Positions 12,368-23,747 of a stretch of 64,000 nt of DNA are shown one piece after another. How positions within the stretch are numbered: the first letter of the stretch is position 1; each line of letters starts with the position of its first letter. The translations under genes and the position numbers were made by a program. The notes below the pieces were generated by a model. That model was not told where the DNA came from. It ran no database searches and saw nothing but the letters and a program-made list of their open reading frames with translations. Source of the stretch: Rhynchopus sp. YZ270_cl-10 (taxonomy: Eukaryota); NCBI GenBank assembly GCA_964035575.1, contig OZ037838.1:1984001-2048000 (forward strand), read 5' to 3'.

Positions 12368-13230
12368 CCTACATTCTTGAGCTCTTCTAAACGACGTGAT
12401 TTTCATTGGACGCATCCTCCAGGACCCTAAGGACCCCGAGGGACGCTGCGCGAACAACAAAAGCCCCGAAACATGGTATAAAAAGATAATCTGACCACGG
12501 TGACAGCCAAGAACCGGACAGAAAAACAATAAGAAAGAGACCTTTGAAATGTGCCTTACGTACACATACATCCTTTAAATTTGATTGCAATACAATGGTC
12601 CGCTCGTGGGAGTGTGATTATGTTTGTGACTGGTACACCGGTGTATCCGACCCCTGCGTGCCCACATCTACTTCGAGTACTACAAGGGCTATGAACTACA
12701 ATCCACGGAGAAACTGAAACCGCACTCCTACCTTTCCCTTATTGTAGTATCCCATCCCCTCAATCGCTAAATCACTAAAGACCAAAGGGAGAGGTTGTGG
12801 CAGAACGCACACCCAGCCTATGGACGAGATGCGGTGCCTACTCCAACCCTCCCCAGAAAAAGAAACAGGGGGGGATTAGGGATACGGTTCAATTTTTGCT
12901 ATCAACCTTTTGCATTGTCTGGAAACGTAAACAGAATTTAACACACGCATGCACAAAAATAGATAGCTTAAAATGGATGAGAAACGGGGTTTGACCTTTT
13001 GAATCAAGGTGCCGTAATAACAAAAGACACCCAACAAACAAGGCATATGGAACGCAACACCCCTTGGAAAAGACGTGAAGATGAACAAACAGCCCACGTA
13101 GTGCACTGTAGGCGTAACACCTCAAAAAAAGGTACGTCAGTCTTAGCAACGCCCCACAGTGGGCACGAAGCACCACCGCACGAGGTAGCATCAACATCCT
13201 ACGTGCTTGTCACTCAAACTGCATACGCAC

Positions 13231-16200
13231 TGCGTCATCATGCTACTTTGGCGCTGCGCATACATCTGAGGCTGCGGCAGGACTTGTGTTGCGCGCTCAG
13301 ATGAAAACAGCGGCCGTCATGAGAGAAGGGTACACCACCGCAAACCGCCTTCAGTCGACACTGTGCTAAAAACGCTACGCCAGAAAAGAATAGGCGTAAC
13401 GGGGTGAATTGAGAGGCAAACAGTGCACCCAACGGTCGCCACTGTGCGCAAAGAAACTACATTGCACTGCAAACAAATGTGCACCTGCGTAACAAAGGAA
13501 GCAACAGTGTGACGTCAAGCAGAAAACGGTGTGTCGGCCTTGTAGCTGCGCTGTCCTGCAGCAGCGACAGCAGGTGCTGCGCTGGCTGCAGGACGCGACT
13601 GCTAGTCATGATGCTCTGCTGCCTGCAGGAAGCGACTGCTGGTATTGCTGCTGCGCTGGCTGCAGGACGCGGCTGTCATGAGAGAAGGGTACACCACCGC
13701 AAACCGCCTTCAGTCGACACTGTGCTAAAAACGCTACGCCCGAAAAGAATAGGCGTAACGGGGTGAATTGAGAGGCAAACAGTGCACCCAACGGTCGCCA
13801 CTGCGCGCAGAGAAACTATTGAGCACTGCACACAAATGTGCACCTATGCGTAACAAAGGAAGCAACAGTGTGACGTCAAGCAGAAAACGGTGCGTCGGCC
13901 CTGTAGCTGCGCTGTCCTGCAGCAGCGACAGTAGGTGCTGCGCTGTCTGCAGGACGCGACTGCTAGTCATGATGCTCTGCTGCCTGCAGGAAGCGACTGC
14001 TGGTATTGCTGCTGCGCTGGCTGCAGGACGCGGCTGTCATGAGAGAAGGGTACACCACCGCAAACCGCCTTCAGTCGACACTGTGCTAAAAACGCTACGC
14101 CAGAAAAGAATAGGCGTAACGGGGTGAATTGAGAGGCAAACAGTGCACCCAACGGTCGCCACTGTGCGCAAAGAAACTACAGTGCACTGCACACAAATGT
14201 GCACCTATGCGTAACAAAGGAAGCAACAGTGTGACGTCAAGCAGAAAACGGTGTGTAGGCCTAGTAGCTGCGCTGTCCTGCAGCAGCGACAGTAGGTGCT
14301 GCGCTGGCTGAAGGACGCGACTGCTAGTCATGATGCTCTGCTGCCTGCAGGAAGCGACTGCTGGTATTGCTGCTGCGCTGGCTGCAGGACGCGACTGCTA
14401 GTCATGATGCTCTGCTGCCTGCAGGAAGCGACTGCTGGTATTGCTGCTGCGCTGGCTGCAGGACGCGGCCGTCATGAGAGAAGGGAATGTCGTTCTCGTC
14501 CTCCTTGCTCACCAAAGTAATCTGTCGCTAGTACAGTCTCCACAACATCAGTACTTGCGACGGCCGAATGCATGAGCCACTACAGGACCACCGATCATTC
14601 CCTTCATCCTCAACAACGCGTAGCAGTGTGTCAACTAAGAATCTGCACGCAGGCCCCAACGTAGTGCCAAACGGGTATGCAACGGCAGTAGCCTGACAGC
14701 ACTGCTTAGCATAGGAAAGTCTTCGGCCGGAAAGCACGGCAGAAACAGGCTCATGGGGTTGAACACTCCGGTGGTCTAGATGAAATGATACTGACCATAC
14801 TGTGCATGATGACGGCCGCTACCGACTAGCAGGAGCAGGAGAGGCGTTGAGAGCTAGAAAATCGTATAGCAAAATGTACCACAAACGGGGATATCGTCAT
14901 CGGCAGTGCCTACTGCGATACGCAGATCATTTGAGTAGTCGCCCCCGCGGACATATGCTAGCGATGATGAGCACTCTGTGGGATAACCTTCTGGAGAAGA
15001 CCCTCAACACCAAAGGGAAACTGTTAGGGACTTAACAGCAGTCCCATGCTTGCCTACTCCCACGAAACTAGGACACTAACACGGTCCGCGCAACACCCCA
15101 GCCTTGAGCACATGTTCGATTCCGATGACGCTCATCGGTACATTCTTGCTGGTGGGAGCTATGATCAGAAAAAACTGCATCAGTCACTGCGCGAGCAGAG
15201 TACAGAAACAGTAGCAGAGTACGGAAACACACCGACTGGTGCTGTACCGCTATGCGCCGTAGAGCAACACCTGTGCACTATAATGCTGCGCCAATAAATA
15301 GTCGCAACGGAGTCAAAGTGGGTGGCAACAGTGCGCCAAACGGTCGCAGTTATGCAGAGAATAAGTTTATACAGGAACACACTTATACTCTCATTTATAC
15401 TGTGGACCCCCGCCCCCCGCCCCCGCAAATAGTAAAGCAATAAAGACAATCAAGACAATAAGGACAATAAGACAAAAATAATTGTTGTAGTGAAACGCAC
15501 ACGCCGCGACCAGTCGGTGACAAGGGACTGGGATGGCGTTCGAATCCCTTTAAACGTTGCATGCCATCATACATCGCAAATATGCGCAACGTGGAAAAAT
15601 GGGACATACAATGCGTCATCATGCTATTTTGGCGCTGCGCATACATCTGAGGCTGCGGCAGGACTTGTGTTGCGCGCTCAGATGAAAACAGCGGCCGTCA
15701 TGAGAGAAGGGTACACCACCGCAAACCGCCTTCAGTCGACACTGTGCTAAAAACGCTACGCCAGAAAAGAATAGGCGTAACGGGGTGAATTGAGAGGCAA
15801 ACAGTGCACCCAACGGTCGCCACTGCGCGCAGAGAAACTATTGAGCACTGCACACAAATGTGCACCTATGCGTAACAAAGGAAGCAACAGTGTGACGTCA
15901 AGCAGAAAACGGTGCGTCGGCCCTGTAGCTGCGCTGTCCTGCAGCAGCGACAGTAGGTGCTGCGCTGTCTGCAGGACGCGACTGCTAGTCATGATGCTCT
16001 GCTGCCTGCAGGAAGCGACTGCTGGTATTGCTGCTGCGCTGGCTGCAGGACGCGGCTGTCATGAGAGAAGGGTACACCACCGCAAACCGCCTTCAGTCGA
16101 CACTGTGCTAAAAACGCTACGCCAGAAAAGAATAGGCGTAACGGGGTGAATTGAGAGGCAAACAGTGCACCCAACGGTCGCCACTGTGCGCAAAGAAACT

Positions 16201-18250
16201 ACAGTGCACTGCACACAAATGTGCACCTATGCGTAACAAAGGAAGCAACAGTGTGACGTCAAGCAGAAAACGGTGTGTAGGCCTAGTAGCTGCGCTGTCC
16301 TGCAGCAGCGACAGTAGGTGCTGCGCTGGCTGAAGGACGCGACTGCTAGTCATGATGCTCTGCTGCCTGCAGGAAGCGACTGCTGGTATTGCTGCTGCGC
16401 TGGCTGCAGGACGCGGCCGTCATGAGAGAAGGGAATGTCGTTCTCGTCCTCCTTGCTCACCAAAGTAATCTGTCGCTAGTACAGTCTCCACAACATCAGT
16501 ACTTGCGACGGCCGAATGCATGAGCCACTACAGGACCACCGATCATTCCCTTCATCCTCAACAACGCGTAGCAGTGTGTCAACTAAGAATCTGCACGCAG
16601 GCCCCAACGTAGTGCCAAACGGGTATGCAACGGCAGTAGCCTGACAGCACTGCTTAGCATAGGAAAGTCTTCGGCCGGAAAGCACGGCAGAAACAGGCTC
16701 ATGGGGTTGAACACTCCGGTGGTCTAGATGAAATGATACTGACCATACTGTGCATGATGACGGCCGCTACCGACTAGCAGGAGCAGGAGAGGCGTTGAGA
16801 GCTAGAAAATCGTATAGCAAAATGTACCACAAACGGGGATATCGTCATCGGCAGTGCCTACTGCGATACGCAGATCATTTGAGTAGTCGCCCCCGCGGAC
16901 ATATGCTAGCGATGATGAGCACTCTGTGGGATAACCTTCTGGAGAAGACCCTCAACACCAAAGGGAAACTGTTAGGGACTTAACAGCAGTCCCATGCTTG
17001 CCTACTCCCACGAAACTAGGACACTAACACGGTCCGCGCAACACCCCAGCCTTGAGCACATGTTCGATTCCGATGACGCTCATCGGTACATTCTTGCTGG
17101 TGGGAGCTATGATCAGAAAAAACTGCATCAGTCACTGCGCGAGCAGAGTACAGAAACAGTAGCAGAGTACGGAAACACACCGACTGGTGCTGTACCGCTA
17201 TGCGCCGTAGAGCAACACCTGTGCACTATAATGCTGCGCCAATAAATAGTCGCAACGGAGTCAAAGTGGGTGGCAACAGTGCGCCAAACGGTCGCAGTTA
17301 TGCAGAGAATAAGTTTATACAGGAACACACTTATACTCTCATTTATACTGTGGACCCCCGCCCCCCGCCCCCGCAAATAGTAAAGCAATAAAGACAATCA
17401 AGACAATAAGGACAATAAGACAAAAATAATTGTTGTAGTGAAACGCACACGCCGCGACCAGTCGGTGACAAGGGACTGGGATGGCGTTCGAATCCCTTTA
17501 AACGTTGCATGCCATCATACATCGCAAATATGCGCAACGTGGAAAAATGGGACATACAATGCGTCATCATGCTATTTTGGCGCTGCGCATACATCTGAGG
17601 CTGCGGCAGGACTTGTGTTGCGCGCTCAGATGAAAACAGCGGCCGTCATGAGAGAAGGGTACACCACCGCAAACCGCCTTCAGTCGACACTGTGCTAAAA
17701 ACGCTACGCCAGAAAAGAATAGGCGTAACGGGGTGAATTGAGAGGCAAACAGTGCACCCAACGGTCGCCACTGTGCGCAGAGAAACAATGGAGCACTGCA
17801 CACAACATGTGCACCTGTGCGTAACAAAGGAAGCAACAGTGTGACGTCAAGCAGAAAACGGTGCGTCGGCCCTGTAGCTGCGCTGTCCTGCAGCAGCGAC
17901 AGTAGGTGCTGCGCTGTCTGCAGGACGCGACTGCTAGTCATGATGCTCTGCTGCCTGCAGGAAGCGACTGCTGGTATTGCTGCTGCGCTGGCTGCAGGAC
18001 GCGGCCGTCATGAGAGAAGGGTACACCACCGTAAACCGCCTTCAGTCGACACTGTGCTAAAAACGCTACGCCAGAAAAGAATAGGCGTAACGGGGTGAAT
18101 TGAGAGGCAAACAGTGCACCCAACGGTCGCCACTGTGCGCAGATAAACAATGGAGCACTGCACACAAATGTGCACCTATGCGTAACAGAGGAAGCAACAG
18201 TGTGACGTCAAACAGAAAACGGTGTGTCGGCCTTGTTGCTGCGCAGCCCT
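13231..18250. repeat. Compound tandem repeat: 361-bp units inside ~1.95-2.02-kb higher-order units
   Basis: Identical translated ORFs recur at offsets of 361 (13768/14129), 2022 (13768/15790) and 1948 (14528/16476). Confidence 0.9.
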
Positions 18251-18536
18251 GCACCAGCGGCTGCTGGATAAGATGATGTGAGAAGCGATAGCAGGTATTG
18301 ATGTTGCGTCACATGCGGAACGCCGAAGGCTGGTCCGGTAGCTGCGCACACTGCAGAGGCGGGACACCACAAAGAACTGAGGCTGTGGCTGCTCTTGAAA
18401 GCGGTTCCCCCGGCGGAATCGGCGCAAGGACCTGATGCAGGGGCGGCTGAGCACGTCCACCCAAGCGCACACAGGACAAGTAAACTCAGCGGTATGGAAA
18501 TTCGCGAGGAAAGCGTCGGCGATGGCCGCGTGGGCA

Positions 18537-18800
18537 TTTTTTTTTTTTTTTTTGAAAAACGCTAATAACTTTTTAGCCCCCCTCTGTAAGTGTTGATTGA
18601 ATTGGAGTCGGGGAGCACAAGCAAAGGGCAATGAAAGGAAAACAATGAGTAAAAGAACAAGATAGAAGAGCCAGTATTTATGTCTGACTTACACACGCAA
18701 TTCCAATCATTCGAACCGAAGCCGCCCAAACATTTCGGTCTGTATTATTTCCTAACAACCGTGCGCGTACCGCTTCGTGTGTTGTGTACAAAATAATAAA
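18537..18800 (-). mobile_element. Short poly(A)-tailed retroposon-like repeat, copy B
   Basis: Poly-T followed by the same ~250 bp as 12099-12367. Confidence 0.5.
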
Positions 18801-19783
18801 AGTAGCGTACCGTGCGCCTGCGGCGCAAATTTGCAGCCCACCTTCCCATGACATCGTATGGCTGTAAAAATGTACAATTTTAAGCGCAGTTTTTTGAATT
18901 ATTGCGTACCCTGGCTTCGCCAGGAACCTTGATGCTATGACCACCGTTTCTTTTTGTACCTGTACTGAGGTTACTGATAATTCGTGTGTCTGGTGCAAAT
19001 ATCAATGAAGTTGAACTCCGCAGTTGGATACCCGAGGAATTCTCACATTCCGCCGGGGCCCCGAACTTGAGCTGGGCCGGGCTCGACCGAGTTTTGAACC
19101 TAGGGTTTTTATTATTATTTTTTATTTGCAAAAAAGTGGTAGTGCATGGCACTAGCTTTTTTATTTTTTTGGAAATCTCAGGGACTACGCTGCTGCTTGG
19201 CTTTCCCTGAGATTTACAACTTGCGTTTTTTTTGTATGTTACGTTTCGATACCAATTTACAGTGTGGCGTTTTGAAAAACTGATGGGACAAACGAAAGCT
19301 CGTTCAGTGAAGATGTTTCAGATGTGCACGAGAGGCACGTTTATGTTTCAACCTTTTTCTGTTGTCCCGACAAATCAGTTTCTAATTTTTTGTGTTGACC
19401 AGGATACATTAGTCCCTGGTTATGGTACTGTTCTTTGTTTGTTTTGCTCTGCCAGAGTGGCAGCACTTGGCCTGTTCGGGTTTACGTTTGTGTTTGGCAA
19501 AGGCACATTCATCAACTCAAGATTTATTAAATTAAAGGACACAGCCTGCATACTTTCCTGCAACTTAGGCACAGTCAGCACACCCCAGTGTGGCCATTGT
19601 CCTTCGTTTTTGTGATGTGCAGAAACGTGTGGGGAGCTCTCCTGAGTTCACCCACATGCAAAATCCATGTCTGTTGCTACCTTATTTGTTTCTTGTTCCC
19701 GAACCGGTCTGTTTGCTCCCGATCAGGCGATAGGCTTCCACTCCCGAATGGGATGGGTTGCCATGTGCGTGACTTTTATACTT

Positions 19784-20507
19784 TTATAGGTCCTGGGCTG
19801 GACCTTAAATTGCATCCGGAGGTCCGTTCCTCCTGAAACTCTGAAGGTGTTGAGCGCTGGCATCGATTTCTTGACCTGAGGGATTACCGAACAGGCGAGG
19901 AGGGTATGCGGGGCGTTTTGTGCCTTCAGGGGCTTTTCTTTTTCTTTTTCTTTGCCCTACCTCTTCTGTAACAGTGCATAGCCTTTGTCTTTTTGGGTTA
20001 TGCGACTCCCCCCCCTTGTCCTCAGGTCCCTGCCCCTACTATATGCGAGTTAAAAAACCTTGGCAGGGTATATAAATGCTGGGATGTGGCTTCCCTATGA
20101 TATGACGGTGCTCGCACCTGGAGCATTAAACAGTGACAACAGTCAGGCCAGGACTTCGGTTCTGCTGCACCTTGGGGTGTACTGTTAGGACATACATGTC
20201 AATTCCTCAGATAAAGGGTGAGGCCCAACTGTCGGTACAGCATAGGACGCTCAGAGAGATGTTGCGATCCCCCCTTTGCTCTCTTGTCTCAACTATCGTT
20301 CACTAAGAGTTGGGTGAAGCGAACGGGAGTATCTGTAAGCTCACAACTCTTCAGGGCCGCCGGCTGACTAGCGGTTGTGTACCGCCCTCGTTCTCTTACG
20401 GTACGGCAAGCCATTAGGTTTCCTTTTTACACCTTCTGTTGGTAGTTCTTTCATCAGAGCTCGCATCACACATGGGTCAGTCGGAGGGCCTGCATCAATA
20501 ACTTCAC
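19784..20507. mobile_element. ~725-bp non-coding insertion with a probable 9-bp target-site duplication
   Basis: Absent from the paralogous upstream region of copy 1 (about 2710-2730); flanked by TTTATACTT at 19775-19783 and 20508-20516. Confidence 0.55.
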
Positions 20508-20824
20508 TTTATACTTGGATATTTTTCCACAATAGTCGCTCAAATGAAAGAATGTATAGGTTGTTTTGCTTTTCCCACTTCCCCGCAAGGTCCTGACAAT
20601 GATGTCCCCCCGTACTTTCTCTTCAGCATCTGCATCTCTACATGTGGACTGCTGCTCATCATCGTGCGTTACATCACACACGCTGATGCAACTCCATCAA
20701 GACGAACACTTCTTTGACGACAGATGTCTACGAGGTCACAGTCAACCTGCCCCCTGTCTCTGTTCCACACCACATATCCCCAGCAGGTTTTTCCATTTTG
20801 TACGAGTGCACATTCTTCTGAACA

Positions 20825-23408
20825 ATGGCGACATGCGGGATCCAGTCGCTGACAGTGCTGCTGTGTGTGGTGCTGATTCTGTCGACAGGTGCGATCATCG
20901 GTGGCTTCACTCTGTCAACATGGGACGACCTTCTGGAGAAGGCACGTGACACAGGTGACGAGGGCTTCGGGATGTGTCTCGACAGTGGTACGGCGGACAT
21001 TGAAACGGTCTCGGCACGCTACCTGCGCTCCGTCCTTGGCAACGTGGACACGGCGGTGCTGGAGTACCTGAAGGTGCCTGAACAGTTGATGATGTCTGTT
21101 GCCAACCTGGCGAAGGCACACCACCCAGACGTCAGCACGAGCCCCGCCTTTATGACGAACATCATGCGTCCTGCACTTATATCCAATTTCAAGGCTGGTG
21201 CTGACGCTGGGCTTGCCTTCCTCGCATACGAAGCGTACCCGTGGAGTCCGGCACATCCTGTTCCGTGGAAAATGTCAGAAGGGTACGCAGGGTGGGGCTC
21301 ACGGTGCCTTATCGCACCGTTGACAATATCGTCAGGCATCCCGCCGACGAACGGCACGAAGGTTATCTTTAAATTAGAAATGACAGACCCGGTGACGCTG
21401 CAGCCAGGGCAATCGGACATGCTCCTCTTTTCCGATGTGAACGACGTGGGAGTCTTGAAGTATCCCTCAGAACCATGCAACCATCGCCCAGACTACAGCA
21501 AAGGCGAGGTCAAGGGAATGTGCTTCTATCCCGTAGCTATGCTCGAACCCCCGGGTTCCCAAACCCATCTCGCCCATCAACGCGAGCTCTACTACTTGGG
21601 TGCTGACGATCCACCCCTTAACCCTGCAGACACAATAGTCTACTCACCAGCAATGGCACGCTGGGACAGCATGTCATGGGAGATCAGCTACACCTTCAGC
21701 CACCCAGATATGTACACGATGTATCCCAAGCAGGGCAAGTGTGGGTACTGTAACTTCCGCAGTGACTACGCAGGGAGTAACCGACGTGGTGCGTGCACAG
21801 CTGCTCCCGACCGGCACATCGCTGTACCTTGTTGAGGACTCATCAGGATCAGTGGGGACACTTGTGGCGTACAACAGAGGACGGGAGCTGAAGACGGTAC
21901 GAGAAATGAGCTCGCTTGGCATCGTGTTAGATCTTGTGTACAGCATCAACATAACGAACCACTCAATGGAAGACGCGACGTCGCACATCCCCTCAGTGAT
22001 TGCAGAGCACGGTCGGTTTGCGTTCACACACCAGCGGAATTACAGAGACCTTATGGATATGACAAAGACGTCCTTCCTGAAGTGGTCTGACTCAAACGGC
22101 ACAGAGTTTTGGACAGTCACTTCGACAATTGAACACGGATCGATTTTTTGGTATTCAACTCTTCTTGTGCCGAGGGCGTCTGTGATGGAGGCGATTGATG
22201 CGTCGACGAATGCAATCCGTGCGAAGGTGTCAGCAGACCTGTCCTCTGCAGACGCACAGAAGGAGGATGCGGTGATTGTGATGGTGACGGCGGTTGCGGT
22301 GGTCGGACTTCTTGCCATTGCTGTTGTGTTCACACGCTACATCACGTCACCTCTGCTGAAGCTTGGGAGTGAGATGGCAAGTGTGGCTGTGATGGACCTG
22401 GAGGCTGTGGACACGGGCCGTGCAGTGTCTCAGCTGAGTGAAGTGGGGGTGATGCAGCGCAGCTTTGTTACCATGGTGGCGAACCTGGTGGAGTACCGTA
22501 ACTACATGCCGCAGAGTGTGCTTGTCAACGACAGTGAGACAGAGGTGTCAGATACGGATTCTACACAGGGTCTGAAGTCGCAGCAGTCAGGCTTGTCCAG
22601 CGGTTCAGCTGATGCGATGCAGAACCAGAAGGCACTGCTGCGTGTGGAAGGGATGAAGAAGAAGAAGGTGTCGTTGGCACACATGAACGTCGTGGCGTGG
22701 CACGCCTTCATCAAGAAGCACAAGGACGCAGAGATGCTCTCCGCACACGCGGGTGTGGTGGAGAGGATCCTGACAGCAGTGCAGCACAACAAAGGTGTGT
22801 GCGACACGTTTGCTGGCGACAAGATACTTGCCACCTTCAACGCCTTTGTTCCGAGGCCTTCGCACAGTGTTGCTTGTGTGAAGGCTGCACACGAAGTAGC
22901 AACAGCACTTGGTGATGATCTCAAGATCTCGTATGGCTGCACGACAGGCGAGGCACGTGTTGGGAACATGGGTTGCAACGGGATGAAGAAGGTGTCGATT
23001 CTTTCTGAGTCGATGTCGTGGGTGGTTGTTCTTGAGCGTTGGAACAGAATGAACGACCTGCCTGGTGTCATCGACCGCAATGTGTCACGTGATACGGAGG
23101 GACAGGTGGTGCTGCGTTGTGAAGGTGCTGTGCTGTTTAGGAAGCTGAGTGAGAATGTGCAGACTGTGTTTTCCGTACGTGGTCTGTGCAGCAGCGAAAA
23201 CGAGGAGTGGATGTACCAACTGGAGTCTGCCTCAAACAACTCGCACGCACTGTGGAACGAGGTCTTCGAGCACATCATCAAACAGGACTTTGAGAAGGCT
23301 TCTTCTCTTCTGGAAAGCGTCGCTCAGGACCAACGCACACCTTACGAAGAGCTTGTGGGCTACGTGGCGGCGAAGGATTATACACCGTTCGTTGTGAGAA
23401 TGCATTGA
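20825..23408 (+). pseudogene. Cyclase-like receptor copy 3, split by a 2-nt deletion near 21740
   Basis: ORFs 20825-21835 and 21741-23408 together cover the protein. Copy 3 reads GGCAAG-T-GTGGGT where copy 2 reads GGCAAG-CGT-GTGGGT. Confidence 0.7.
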
Positions 23409-23503
23409 GTTTGTGGGCTATGTGGGAGAAGGCTTATGCACCATATGTTGTGTCAATGCACTGATGCTACTGTCACGTCCATGTGTGGTGTTTCCACACC
23501 GCA

Positions 23504-23658
23504 CACAGCTCCACAGCTCCACAGCTCCACAGCTCCACAGCTCCACAGCTCCACAGCTCCACAGCTCCACAGCTCCACAGCTCCACAGCTCCACAGCTCC
23601 ACAGCTCCACAGCTCCACAGCTCCACAGCTCCACAGCTCCACAGCTCCACAGCTCCAC

Positions 23659-23661
<3 letters not shown>
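23504..23661. repeat. (CTCCACAG)n microsatellite, about 20 copies, abutting a 48-nt poly-T (23662-23709)
   Basis: A perfect octamer run, directly visible. Confidence 0.95.
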
Positions 23662-23713
<52 letters not shown>

Positions 23714-23747
23714 CTTTCCAGATGAAAGTGAGGGTAAGGGGTAGAAA

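Noticed and set aside
15500..15555. tRNA or B-box (GTTCGAATCCC)
   Set aside because: No cloverleaf or A-box could be built around it.
13231..18250. SL-RNA or 5S gene array
   Set aside because: No spliced-leader exon, Sm site or 5S sequence is recognisable on either strand.
19173..19215. 12-bp inverted repeat AAATCTCAGGGA...TCCCTGAGATTT as a terminator
   Set aside because: Eukaryotic context, and the left arm is not conserved in the paralogous region near 2070-2115; probably a local template-switch product.
20330..20465. Hammerhead ribozyme (CTGATGA / CTGAAGA on the minus strand of the 725-bp insert)
   Set aside because: No stem II followed by GAAA, and no matching stems I and III.
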